NCBI RefSeq assembly: GCF_001194135.2
Contig: NC_068983.1
Span: forward strand, 87,484,952 to 87,548,951
DNA length: 64,000 nucleotides
From: Octopus bimaculoides
Lineage: Eukaryota
Direction: 5' to 3'
The notes under the pieces: generated by a model
Told to the model about the DNA's origin: nothing
Database searches by the model: none
Seen by the model: the letters and a program-made list of their open reading frames with translations, nothing else
Position numbers and translations under genes: made by a program
In this document: one piece after another, positions 27,601 to 40,830 of the stretch
How positions within the stretch are numbered: position 1 is the stretch's first letter
How the letters are laid out: each line of letters starts with the position of its first letter

Positions 27601-28735
27601 TCTATATATATAAAAATGAGAATGTGTGTCTGTCTGTCTGTCTGTCTGTCTGTGTGAATCCCTAAAACTCGAGAACTACGCAACCAATTTCATTCAAATT
27701 TTACAGATGCCTTACTTAGGGTTCCAGTTGTGTTTTAGTCAAAAAAAAATTTTAACTTCTTGCAGAGTTTGAGCCCACAGCAACATAATATCTCCTCCAC
27801 TATTTAAGTATTACGTGTCAAAAGTGAAACAAAAACACTCATGTCAAATACTTTCACTTTAAAAATGAAACTATTCTACTAACTGAAACAATCACATTTC
27901 GATACTTTCAGAGAGAGAGAAAGAGATGTATATGTATACATATACATGTATATGTACACGTATATNNNNNNNNNNNNNNNNNNNNNNNNNNNNNNNNNNN
28001 NNNNNNNNNNNNNNNNNNNNNNNNNNNNNNNNNNNNNNNNNNNNNNNNNNNNNNNNNNNNNNNNNNNNNNNNNNNNNNNNNNNNNNNNNNNNNNNNNNNN
28101 NNNNNNNNNNNNNNNNNNNNNNNNNNNNNNNNNNNNNNNNNNNNNNNNNNNNNNNNNNNNNNNNNNNNNNNNNNNNNNNNNNNNNNNNNNNNNNNNNNNN
28201 NNNNNNNNNNNNNNNNNNNNNNNNNNNNNNNNNNNNNNNNNNNNNNNNNNNNNNNNNNNNNNNNNNNNNNNNNNNNNNNNNNNNNNNNNNNNNNNNNNNN
28301 NNNNNNNNNNNNNNNNNNNNNNNNNNNNNNNNNNNNNNNNNNNNNNNNNNNNNNNNNNNNNNNNNNNNNNNNNNNNNNTATACTTACATTGTGATTTCTG
28401 CAATGTGGTGCATAAATTGGCAAGTAAATGAGACGCATCTTTGCCTCCACTGATTCACTTGCAAAGTGTTGAGTAAAATTATTTCGTTGCAGACCTCCTT
28501 TGGGTCTTTTTATTATCACTACGACACACATAGTCCCCAGTTGGTAACATTGATTTCAAGGCCCTCCTAGATGAGAGACTGGCATTCCACTTAATGTCTA
28601 TGTTCCATGCTGGCATGGATTGGAGAGTTATTAATGTAGAAATATGGTATCGTAGCTACTAACAGTTGAGGGTTGCGTAGTCTAGACAGCGTTTTTAGAT
28701 TTCATTATTCTCTTTAACCCGGGTATTTCTGCTAG
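27601..28735 (+). mobile_element. Non-autonomous Helitron (contains N gap)
   Basis: A|TC start with TATATATAAA and (CTGT)n; ends CCCGGGTATTTCTGCTAG|T; no TSD. Confidence 0.8.
27966..28378. other. Assembly gap (N)
   Basis: 413 N; small gaps also at 16162-16178 and 23577-23586. Confidence 1.
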
Positions 28736-29361
28736 TATACTATATAAAGAAGAATCTTTTGGAAATGATTAAGTTTTACAGGTCATTGTCAGCTTTAATT
28801 TACTCATACGATAATAAGCTAATAAGGGTGTCACTATGTGTTTGCCAAACCTGCTCAAATCAGCCTCAAATTACACACCACTACTTCAAAAAGAGAAAGG
28901 AAACATTGGTTAATATAGTCTTAGATGCCATCAAAAGACTGGATGGTCATGAATGCTTTTGATCCTAGATTGACCTGAAGATAGAGAGTAATGGCAAACA
29001 TAACAAAAAGATATGAAGCACTGAAAACTATTAATTCTTGAATTACTTCTGCTTCCTGCTTCTCCTCCTTTAACACCCATTTTCCATGCTGGCATGGGTT
29101 GGATGGTTTGACCAGAGCTGGCAAACAGGAGAGCTGCACCAGGTTCCAGTCTGATATGGCTTGGTTTTTACAGCTGGATGCCCTTCTTTAAAGAGTGTAC
29201 TGGGTGCTTTTTACATGGCACTAGCATTTAAGGTTAATTTCCATTGCATATTATTGAAGATGATTCTTATTAACAGATAGCACAATTAACCAAATAAATT
29301 CAAGCTGATTATTATACTGCAATTTCAATGTATGTAAATGGAATCTACAGTTTGTGCTTAC

Positions 29362-29472
29362 TTTGAGATGGTACTATATGTGGTTTCAGGAAGCCAATTG
29401 GACCAACTCTCTTTGAGAGCAGAATACAACCAGTTTATAGAATTGTTGCCATAGATATAGTGAGGTGGGAAG
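29362..29472 (-). CDS. SMPD1: SMPD1 coding exon 6 (FPPHYIYGNNSINWLYSALKESWSNWLP...)
   Basis: FPP-WLY-W-WLP pattern; ttgcag acceptor, GTAAGC donor; 111 nt, phase 2/2. Confidence 0.94.
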
Positions 29473-31001
29473 CTGCAAAGAAAATGAAATACAGAAAATT
29501 TAATATAACCTGAATTATCACAGAAATTGTAAAATCAAAATATAATTACAAAGATATTATTAATTTCTACCATTGGTACAATGCCACATTTTTGTAAGGC
29601 TAGGGAACAGTCACTTTAATTGCTCCCAGTACTGACTAGGTTCAAAGGCAAAGACTATATCAAATAATTTATAGATAACTGAATTTAAAATAGTGAAATC
29701 TTATTCTTTATATCTGGATGTCTCCAATCTTTTGCACAATGAGGGTTATATTTTCTAAATGTAGTATGAATGAATAGAGCAATGAAAATAATTTAGTAGT
29801 TCTACCACTGAATTTTTATAGTTTAAAGAAGAAGAAAACCTGTTTCTTCTGATCTCCATGAATTCAACTTTTATTTTATTGTTTTTCTAAACTGACATCT
29901 TTTTTTACTGTTTGACAAACAGAGTCTCTATATTGATATTTGGTTTACTGAATAGCAGTCATACAGCTATGAGGATGCTTAGGGTGGATGTTTCATACAA
30001 GATAAAAAAAAAACTGCTTCTAAATGAAGGCCGTTCCAAGGGCTAAACAATGATCTCTACTGCCTGGCAACTAAGATCAGAGAAACTTATTTCACAATAA
30101 AATGCTTATTTGCTAAGTTGTTGTTTAGCAATAAGGCAACTCTTTTTATGTATATTCAGGCCCACATTGCCAAATGTACCCCCCTTTTTTATAGTTGATA
30201 GGATGAGATATTTGACTGCTATATCTAGTAGGACAAGCAATGATATAGGTTCTCTTATTGCAAAGTTTATCAATATGGTAAAAAAAAAAAAAAGGTTTCA
30301 TTGAAGTATTACAAAGTACCTGACAAACAGTAATGCTACTCTATATAAATTCTAACATTAAATCTTTTGTCAAAGAGGTAAACTTAGAAACACTAAGTAT
30401 TAAAAAAGAAAAATTATTTGAATCTACATATCTTAAAAAATATTTCAGACGTTTTTAATTATTCTTTTTTTTTTTTTGTGCATAAAATTCTTGGTGCGAG
30501 CATCAGCTTTAAATTTAAAATAATTAATAAAAGAGATCTTTTAGTGGTTGCAATGATGCTTTATTCAATTCTCATATAGTTTTTCCCTATGATGTTCTTG
30601 CTAGTTTAGAGTTTTATACAACATACTACCAATTTGAACATCACCATCATAATCATTTAACGTCCGTTTTCCATGCTGGCATGGGTTGGACAGTTTGACT
30701 GGGGACTGGCAAGCCATTTCCCACAGTTGCTTATGAAATTTTCAATCTGTCTATCATTTTATCTTTCTTTCAAACTAGGCTTCTTAAGAGAATACTTTAT
30801 TGATTTCAAAATATTGATGAACATCATTAATCCATGAACAACTAATGAATCTAGTTTTTCAGTTCCTTGTAGCAGTCATACCTAAGACCATGCTGGAACA
30901 CTGCATGATTTATTACTGAGATTTTTAAAAGATATAAATATGCAGTATCTCCTAGTTATATAATAACAGTTTGTTACAAGTATATAATTTCCAGAACCCA
31001 C

Positions 31002-31171
31002 CTGTTAACTGGAGAGCTTTCATGGTTGCCAACCACAGGAAACATGGGTTTATTGGGCAGGTATTTCAAGAAATATTGGGTCAAGATATTGATAACTTTT
31101 GTTTGATCACTTCTTGATTGGTTCCATATGTTGTGTGGAGGCAGGTCACCAGTCCAGATAATGTAATCAAA
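31002..31171 (-). CDS. SMPD1: SMPD1 coding exon 5 (FDYIIWTGDLPPHNIW...GNHESSPVN)
   Basis: TGD and GNHE motifs; ttctag acceptor, GTGGGT donor; 170 nt, phase 0/2. Confidence 0.96.
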
Positions 31172-32969
31172 CTAGAAAAATATAATAGAATTAACTAAGA
31201 CAGTGATTACAAATGTAAATGGTATAAAATTAAGTAACTGGAGTCTGTATGCATGTGTGTATGGGGAGTTAGCACACACTTACACATATATACATGAAAT
31301 TGAGCAGCTAAACCAAGACTTTTTTTATAAATGTCATATCTTATGTATCATCAGTTAAGAGTTTACATTTACCTGTGTTCAGTTTTGGATATTAGCTTCA
31401 TATTTTTGGTTACAGGTTGTAACAATTGTACTAGAATTATGGAAACTATCTAAATGAAATATTGTTAAAGTAAGCCATTCAATGTAAAGCTTTCATGATG
31501 TCATTGCCAATACAGGGCATGTAAAAAATAATACTTCACTGTGGTTAAGTATAAGGTTACGAGAGTTGTTCTCAGTTAAACTCACAATATTCACAGTGCT
31601 TAAAAGCATGGCTGCACCTTTAAATGATCTGTAGTAGTAAATTCATTCACTAGCATAACCAATCTTGTTAAAAACCACAGTATGAGCAGGAGAATGATAG
31701 CTAAGGGCACCAAAAATTAATTATGAAGTAGTAAATATAGCACTCTTACAGCCCATTCTAAAACCATTAGGGAAGAGAGATCTTGGAAGCTTTTGAGAGG
31801 GAAGTGAAAATATTTGTCAGTGAAAAGAAATTTCATAGTTAACCATCACAACAATAGGGTTAATGTCTTCAAGCCTACTGATGTTTCTGGGGTCATGCAA
31901 AGTAAAATGTTAGCTTACATGGTGGTGTTTGAAGACACTGCAAGTAACAGGTGTGTGATGCCACTCCTTTTCATTGAAGTTAGTCAACATGACTAAGTAT
32001 TTGATACACCTTGGAGAAAGTTCTGATGCTGGGGAATATTAAACATCTAGACCTGAATAATTCTATGTTTGTTCAAGACTTTGCCCTAGTACATAACTCA
32101 AAATTTATGCAGGATTATTTGAAGGTGAAACTTTCACTACTAACAAGGCTGTCTGGCTTTTTGCCTACAAAATCTAAATCTATGTGATTTCTAGATGTAG
32201 GACATCAAAAAATCCAATGTAATAGCTTGAAGTATTATTACCTTCATCATAACTGCCATTAGGAAAGCATTCTAATTTATTGACAGGAATGAAGCAAAGA
32301 TGGCATGCTCAGCTTTGCACACTAAATTGATTATAACTATTGATGATGGACATATTGAGCAATGGTTTCCATTTCTTTGTAAATAAGAGTACATGTATGT
32401 ATGCATGTAGGTGTGTGCTTGAGATAACCTGTATTTAATTACACTCATCTCTAGCTCTACCATCATTTCTACACATCAAAACCAATTTCACCATTGTTGT
32501 TATCATCATCTTCTCCCACACTAACCGTTATCATCTTCACCTTCAACACTACAATCACCATCACAACCACACAAGTCACTGCCCTCTTTACTATCACTGC
32601 TCCACTTTAGCATACCCCTTATCACTATTACTTTCATCAACATCATCAATATAATCATCCTCCTCCTTGCTGCCACCGCCATTATCATCATCGTCGCTCT
32701 GTCATTATCTTCCCCAACACAAACCTCTCTGTCATCTGACCTACTACCTGGTTCTTATTGGTCTGGTTGTCTTTCTGACTATCTCTCTCTCTATATATAA
32801 GGAAAATAGTAATATAATTAATAATAAGCATATTACTTAATTAGTCCTCAATATATCTTCAGATGAAAGAAAATGTGTTTATGTATACATCATACACACA
32901 CATACACATCTTCGCTTATTCACTTAGATATATTGTTAACATAGACACACTTTAAAATGTAAGTATTAC

Positions 32970-33076
32970 CTGATCTTGAATGTTTCGTAAGTGATTGAAA
33001 AGGTTATCCATTGTACGAGGAGGTAAATCACAATTCCTGTAATCACCCCATTTTCCAGCACCATCTGCTGCTTTTG
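32970..33076 (-). CDS. SMPD1: SMPD1 coding exon 4 (AGKWGDYRNCDLP...IQDQ)
   Basis: Conserved WGDY-CDLP; ctgcag acceptor, GTAATA donor; 107 nt, phase 1/0. Confidence 0.95.
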
Positions 33077-34089
33077 CTGCAGAAAGAGTATTTAACATTA
33101 CTTAGTAGATGCAAAATATACTAAACATTAAAGCAATTATTTAATGTTAGTAACTAATCTATTTAACAGTATATATAATCCACTTTATATACTGTCATTA
33201 TAAAATGAGAGTATATAAAATGTCATTAAATATCAGACTATGTTAGTGGCTGATTGGTACTGTTGACACTGCTCACTTACAATAGCTTCTAAGTTCTGTA
33301 GAAAAAAACAAACAAACATAAAAGTTTTTTTTTTCCTTTTTATTCTGGAAGATTAGTTAGCTACAACCAAACAAAAACCTGGAAATGCATGAAGTTATAA
33401 TGCCATAGATATGACATAAGTAAACACAAAGATCTCAGTAATAGGAAGGGGATTATGTTAATGACTTATATGTTTACATCGATATGACACCACAGATTTA
33501 ATTAGTTAATTAGTTAATTAAATTTATAGGTAGTGTTATTGCTAACTACACCTTTCTTTGCCAACCTGCCTTTCATAATTTACTTTACATTAGACACACC
33601 ACATCTAATTCTTAACTACTCCTTTTCTTCATATTAAGTATGGCAACATCGTACATAGTGGTAGAGTTCTTTCCTGCTAACTACAACTTTTTAAAGCTAC
33701 CTGCAAGCTACATTCCACTCTAAAATCACTGTTAATTCTCATCTTTCTAACAATCTTTGCCCATGGCTTGCATGGGTCTCACAAACCATCCATCTACATC
33801 TAGTTTTCTTAGGAACTGTTAACTTATGAGCATAATGCTCTAAAAAGGGCCTTCTCCAGATCAATGAATGTTAGGTATAGTGGCTTGTTCTGAGCTAAAA
33901 ACTAGGAAGAGGGCATAAGATGTGCCCCATCCTGGCATCCCATCTCGAATCTCATCTAAGAATTCATGTCCTAATTAATTGTGCTGTAACTGTTTCTGTT
34001 ATTTTGATCCATCAATTTGAAACATATAGCAGCGTATGTACACTTTGGTCTCTTATATATATATATATATATATATATATAGATATATC

Positions 34090-34268
34090 ATCATCATCAT
34101 CATCATCGTTTAACGTCCGCTTTCCATGCTAGCATGGGTTGGACGATTTGACTGAGGACTGGTGCAACCGGATGGCTACACCAGGCTCCAATCTAATTTG
34201 GCAGAGTTTCTACAGCTGGATGCCCTTCCTAACGCCAACCACTCAGAGAGTGTAGTGGGTGCTTTTAC
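34090..34268 (-). mobile_element. RTE 3'-tail copy
   Basis: (CAT)n-CGTTTAACGTCCGCTTTCCATGCTAGCATGGGTTGGACG... Confidence 0.85.
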
Positions 34269-35551
34269 ATACATACACACACACACATATGCCTAAATCC
34301 ATGAATATGCATACATATTTCATGGCCCATTTTGTGGTAGAGTGTCAGATGTAAATATCTCTCCACTCAGTAATAATATTCTATCATTTCCTTTATAATC
34401 CTTCAATTAATTTTTGGAAAATCTTGTCTATTCTCTTTGGTCATGATTTCTCTTCTAACTTGCTTTCTCTTTCTGGTTTGTGCAAAATATTCTTGCCTGT
34501 CATTCTCATTCAGATTTTGTCTTCTTTTTTGATTGACAATTCTCATTCTTTCCCCATCATTATTATTCAATATACAAAGCCCTCTAGCTTCATTTCTTTG
34601 ATTAATTTCATTCCTTTCCTCCTGAGTTAATTCTTTTTGTCATTACTGATTTTCCTTTCATTATTAAAAATCCTTATTTCTTCTCCATGCACTTTTTCCA
34701 ATCTTTCCCTGTATCTCCTCTACCCCTCTTGATTCAATTCTCACTATCACGCTCTTTGGTCACCGTCCGACATAACATACAGGACTGTTTTGGTAATAAA
34801 ATATATTAAGAAGCACTTGATATTATATAGATGGTAATATCCATATCCAGCATATGTTGCTACACATTTTTCATAAAGAAAATTACAAACATGGTTATTG
34901 ATATATAATTGGAAGTATCTAGGATTTACTGTTACACACATTTTACAAAGAAATTTAGGAATACAGATGTTAATATACAGATTTTACAAAGGAAATTAGG
35001 AACAAAGTTATTAATATAGAGATAATAGAATAGCTAGATGATCAATTCTCAAGTAAATAGTGGGAAAGAGAGAAAATCAAACAAATACAACTGGTATGTG
35101 CAATTATACACATATAAACGTTAATGATACACTTACACATATCCCCAACACTCTGTCTCACACACATACACAACTAATTATTATTTGTGTACGTGTCTGG
35201 GCCAATAGCATTCGTGTGTGTGTGTGTGCCAGTAGAATTTGTCTGAATCACTTGCTATTGCACACAATTTTACAACTCCCTTCCCATAGCGTGTTAGATT
35301 TTTTTTACATCGCTGGAATCTATTAGCACTTTAATATAATAGATTGCATGTGCACATATACACATACCCCACTCTCTCAAATACACATACACACAAACAG
35401 CTAATAGTTATCTGAATGTGTGTGAGTGTGTGTATGTGTGCACATGCCAGTAGCATTAATTTGAATCTCTCTCTATTGCAAACATACTTTTACCATCCAA
35501 TTTCCTTAGCATGAAATATTACTTTACACTACAGGAATCTAGCATTTGTGT

Positions 35552-35594
<43 letters not shown>

Positions 35595-36155
35595 TACTGT
35601 AAAGAAGACAATGACCAAAGTAGTTAAGCAATAGAATAAGTGGTAAAATTAGAACTAAACGTCAATAAAAGCAAAATATTATCAATACTGTCTAATGGAT
35701 AAAGAAACAAATTTGCTTGTTTGTTTGTATGTTTGTATGTATGTATGTACGTATATATATGTATGTACGTACGTAGGTATGTATGTATGTATGTATGTAT
35801 GTGTGCGTGTGTACATGAATGGATGGAAATGTGAATGCATACATGTATACATAAGATTTTGATTTCTTTGTCTGTTAGATAGTATTGATTATATTTTGCT
35901 GCATGAGTGCATGTATATATGTATCTTACATGCTTACACCTACAGATGTGCATATGTGGACATAGAAATTGAGTCTCTGCAACTGCAAAAAAAACTCAAC
36001 ACATGTATTAACAACTAAGATTTTAATATAATTGTTATTAGACATTTGAGAAAGAACACAGTATATTGTTTCAGCTATTTTAGCTGTAGCATTCTATCTT
36101 CAGAAGTTAATTTGTCAACCACTTAGCATGAATAGGATAGGCTCTTCTCCTAATG

Positions 36156-38702
36156 CAGTGGTTCTCAAACTTTTCAAAAAAATTTACATGCCAGCCCCAC
36201 TTACAGTTTTTTCAATGATTTGCAGTCCCCTATAAAATGTACTGTAATTTCCGGACTATGAACCGCACTGCCCATAGACTTGCAACTTTGAAAACCACAA
36301 CTTAATCCACACAATGTCCCATTGGGACAATAAATACATATGAAAATATGAGGAATCAGTTGATCAATTGGTTACAAAACAAATGAGAAATGAAAACAGT
36401 CCGAAAATATCCTGAGTATCCAGTATTAACAACTGCATAAGACCCATTTATGACCATTTGGCAGAAAGAAACTGCGGCTCAAACACCAAAAATTGCAGTA
36501 TATATATATATATATATATATGTACATGACAGTGGTTTCTGAACTTTTGGCATCACCTTCTCCTTTCAACATATTTGGGATGTTATTCCACCCCACTGTT
36601 AGGTCATTCCTCATATTGATTGTCTAAGAGGTGTATTTCAACCAATTTAGCTATTTCTAGCAGAAAAGTTGTAATAAGCATCCCAAAATGTACAGAAGTT
36701 TTTGCCAATTAGATCACTAGAATGCATGGAAAATCACAATTTTACTAGAAACCACATCTTTTCCTCCTCCCTTGAAGGTTTGCCATCCCTTTTCCTGAAT
36801 TTCTAGTACATAACATGACAACAAATAAAAAAACTATATAAGAAATTATTTATTCACAAAAGCAGAACCGTCTGTCATTTTATTTACAGTAAAGTAACAA
36901 GCTCTTCTATGTTCAGCTCTGTTTTGGAGAGTGCAACCCTCATTTCTGGTGTGACATCCAGTCAATTTCATGACTTTGTTTTGATGGCAAGGAAAGTGGA
37001 AAACATGGTCTCACACTCCTAAATGGTTGGGAATGGCATGAGTACTTTTAAGAAACATCTTTGCAACATCAGGATATGAATGTGCCATTTCAATCAAAAA
37101 AACATTTTTCACCTCGATCATTGACCAAATCAATGAACTGCTCTTGAATTGAATTGTCTTGTGTTGGCAGATCGCTAACAGAAAGTACAAAAGGGTTCCT
37201 GATAAAGCGGAAGTATTTGTCAAAGCCATGAAGATCAGGGAAATAAAGAAATATTTCTCTGCCAAGTATTGACACATGTTGTTTCATGAGTTCAATGATA
37301 TCGTCACCGACTTGAATCTCATTTTCATCAATAAACATGTTTAGCTAAGGAAATGATGCAAAGTTCTTTCTATCCAACTTTTGGTGCCAAAGTTCAAGCC
37401 TCATTTTGAAAGCAGTTAGTTTTTCATGAGAATGAAATACAGTTATATCTTTCCCTTGCAGTGAAAGATTGAGCACTCACTGACTTGAATATGTCCACCA
37501 AAAATACCAAGCAGATAAGAAAATGATCATCAGAGAATTTGGCATACAAATCTGGCTTGGCATCTTGTAAAAAATTGTTAACTTCTTTTTGTAGAAGGAA
37601 GATTCCCTTTATTGTTTTTCCTCTTGAAAGCCATCTCACTTGTGAGTGCAATAAAAGCATTACGAATTCAGAATTACTTTCTTTGCACAACTTGGAAAAC
37701 AGACGGGAGTTGAGTGCATTCACTTTGATGAAATTCATCACTGTAATCACATAATTCAGAACATTTTTTAACTCATCAGGCATGGTTTTTCACCATTAGT
37801 GCTTGTCAATAAATTGTGCAGTGTGTACCAATAGCATCAAGAGATTTTTCTTTCACCAAAATCTGAAAACTAGAATGGCAACCAAGCATTGTCAGAGCAC
37901 CATTGGTGCATACACCAATGACATGCTTCCAGTCGACATCATGTGCCTCAAAAAATTTGTCTGCTTTGTTAAATATTTCCCTTGTAGTTGTTTTGGTGCA
38001 GGGGGCTTCCACAAAACAAGAATTTGCCCTCCAGGTGATTGTTATGTATATAACGTACATAGACATAATGTTGGGCTAAGTTGGAAATAGGCATCATTTC
38101 TTCAAGCTGGATTGTGAAAAAGTTCAAAAGCGAAGTGTGAATCTCAGAGAGTAACTGCAACAGAATGTGAGCAGACAGCTCAGTTATTCGCTTGCTAACA
38201 GTATCGCTTGAGAGAAAGACGTGCTTCAGCTTCTGAAGTTCAGCACTTCCTAGCACATTTGATATGATATCTTTACAGCAAGGCATTATCAACTCTTGAC
38301 CGATTTTGAGAGGCTTTTTAGGCAACAACCATGCAGTATGAGAATGGGTGTCATGCAAAAAGCAAGGTCATGTTGTAATATGGCAAGAGACATGCAAACC
38401 TGTGGATTGCAATAGTGGAGTGATGAATCATGTGAGTGTAGAATACCAACTGTACATGTATAATGAACAATTATACTGCGTATTTTCCATCGGCCTCTAA
38501 CACTTGTACAAAACGTGTGATTAGTAAATGAGTGTGTAGGAGTGGCATGGGTTTTTTGAGGTCAACAACAACAAAGGATGATAGCATGCTAAAAATTGAA
38601 AGTCTTGAAATTTTTCACAATACTTCAGCATCCCTTCGTGGTCCCTCTAAAATCACTTTGTGGTCCCCTAGGGGACTGTGGACCCCAGTTTGAGAAACAC
38701 TG
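36156..38702 (-). mobile_element. hAT (Buster/Charlie, ZBED5-like) transposon with decayed transposase, intron between coding exons 3 and 4
   Basis: TIRs CAGTGGTTCTCAAACT / AGTTTGAGAAACACTG; 8-bp TSD TCCTAATG / TACTAATG; peptides KPLKIGQELIMPC, VNFIKVNALNSRLF..LC, LLHSQVRWLSRG. Confidence 0.93.
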
Positions 38703-38884
38703 TACTAATGTCTAATATAGTGAAGCACCTAAACTGAGATAAAGGACAGTTGATCTGTAACATGATCACTTTGCCAGTGATAGACATATGATTTAAGTTT
38801 TATCAGTGTGATTGTGGCTACTTTTGTCTCAAAATGATGATTATGATGTCTAATATAAAAACGAAAGCACTAAACTGATCTTAC

Positions 38885-39008
38885 CTGGAGGCCCATTAGA
38901 TTTACGACAGCAAAGAGGTTCACCACACTTAGCATTTGCCCCTTCCTGATACATAGTGTCAAGATGAATATCTGTGAGATGAAGACAGCGTAATTTGGGT
39001 GCCCCTGA
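38885..39008 (-). CDS. SMPD1: SMPD1 coding exon 3 (SGAPKLRCLHLTDIHLD...CGEPLCCR)
   Basis: DxH metal motif; ttgcag acceptor, GTAAGA donor; 124 nt, phase 0/1. Confidence 0.95.
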
Positions 39009-39419
39009 CTGCAATAATATGGACATAAAAAGATTCTCATTTAAGGTAGAGTGTATGAGGTACATGTATAAGTTTCACTACAGCTGAAATATGGTTAATG
39101 AATGTAGGGAATCTGTAGCAATCTATCATATTTTATATTATATAATATTCTTTTATAATATCACAGTATTATTTTTTTTATTAGTGTTATTTTTAAAATG
39201 TTTAGTTTTGAAAGAGATTAACTAAGTAGATGTGAGCTTAAGAAAATAGAAAGGAATCAAAAGATGACTTCAATCATTCTCTTCCAATTTATTAATCCTG
39301 TTATTTCCTCCCTTTCCCATTTCTCATGTATGTTGGTTAATGTACTACAGTTAAAGACAAGCACCAACTACATCAATTTAGGAGAGACAATGAAAGATAT
39401 TTTGAAAAGTTACTTAAAG

Positions 39420-39800
39420 CTGATTGGACAGGGAGTTCTTTATTAGTCTGTTTGTAATTCTGTTACATCTCTTGCATGCCCATAACTTACATTGGGTACA
39501 ATGTATGGAGTTTTCTACCTACTCATTTTCTGCATATCAAGCAAAAGTCCTTTCCTTCAAGATACTAGAGTCCTATCTTCATTCCTACTTACTAAAACTT
39601 TCGTCTTTGCTAAGTTTAACCCTAAGACATCTTGATTCTTGGTTTAGTTTCCAAGCCTGAAATTTTCTAATTCCATTGTAGATTCAGCTATGAGATTTAG
39701 ATCATCAGCATATAAGAGCTCCCATGGATGTTCAGTCTGAAACTCCACTGTGATGGCCAGTAGGACTATGATGAATAGGAGAGGATTGGGTACTGAGTTT
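39420..39800 (-). mobile_element. RTE LINE RT fragment
   Basis: Reverse complement of the LLYADDL...WKLNQESRCLRVNL region of the RTE family. Confidence 0.75.
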
Positions 39801-40680
39801 CATTTCAATACCTGCCCCTTCTCTTATCATAATTACTTCTTTTTATCAGTTCTATAGCCTCCACCATCTCTGATTAATTATGTCCATTGGCACCACACCC
39901 AACAATAATGCCACTCTTCACAATACTACTTATTCCATCCATCTCTCAATCCCTTGGTCACTCACTCCATCCTCCTCCCCCCTGCTCTGCCTCTGCTATC
40001 TCTTTTTGTTCTCCCTCTGCTTCACTACTCCCTCTGAACTATTTGTCTTCTTCTTCACCCATTCTACCCTTAAATTCCCTGCATTATGATCTGAACTACT
40101 AGATGCCAATCTCTCCACCCTGAAGATGGAGACTGGATTTATGGTAATATTTATTTGTATCCATTACTGGTTGCATATTCTTAACTTTTTGTGAACTACA
40201 TCTGCAAGCATTGCAACTATTATGTAATTTTGAGCCTCCAGAAACAATTGTCAGACCTGAAACACCATGTCCCTTCCCCTTCATTTTCTGTATTTTTTGT
40301 ACTCTATGTAAATCTCTTCTGTAAATATAGAAATATTGGATCTTTCTGATTTGACGGACGCCATTTGTTTTCTAATGAAACACTTTCAAATTTGGGATAC
40401 TGGTAGAATGTGTCATATAAAACATCTTTTTCTCTTAGCCTTGTTAAGAAAAGTTTCTATATTCCAAGTTATTTCATGTTGAAAGTTGTCGTATTTTGGT
40501 AATTTCAACCAATCACTGACATCTATTGAGGTGAACACAATTACTGCTGTGGTTTGTCAACAACACGTTCTGGCAGTGTAATGGGATCTTTTCCCTTGAA
40601 TAAAATTACTGCCGTTACTTATCAACTACAACTATCAGCGGTACTGTTATTTATGACATCGTTCGTGCATTTGTACTGGT

Positions 40681-40830
40681 TTTAGCTTTAGGTTTTAGGG
40701 TTAGAGTTCGGGTTTTAGAGTTAGGGTTAGGGTTTTAGGGTCAGGGTTAAGGTTTTAGGGTTAGGGATAGGGTTTTAGAGTTAGGGTTAGGGATAGGGTT
40801 TTAGAGTTAGGGTTAGGGTTAGGGTTTTAG
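40681..40830 (+). repeat. Interstitial degenerate telomere-like (TTAGGG/TTTTAGGG/TTAGAG) array
   Basis: About 150 bp of TTAGGG variants read directly. Confidence 0.9.

Noticed and set aside
27879-28531. Long ORFs spanning the N gap (also 42750-43208)
   Set aside because: Open only because N codons contain no stops
40120-40175. CTGAAGA-TGGA...TCCA partial hammerhead
   Set aside because: GAAA replaced by TTAC and no stem I; too degenerate to call
40681-40830. True chromosome end or telomere fusion
   Set aside because: Short, degenerate, single orientation and inside an intron of an intact gene
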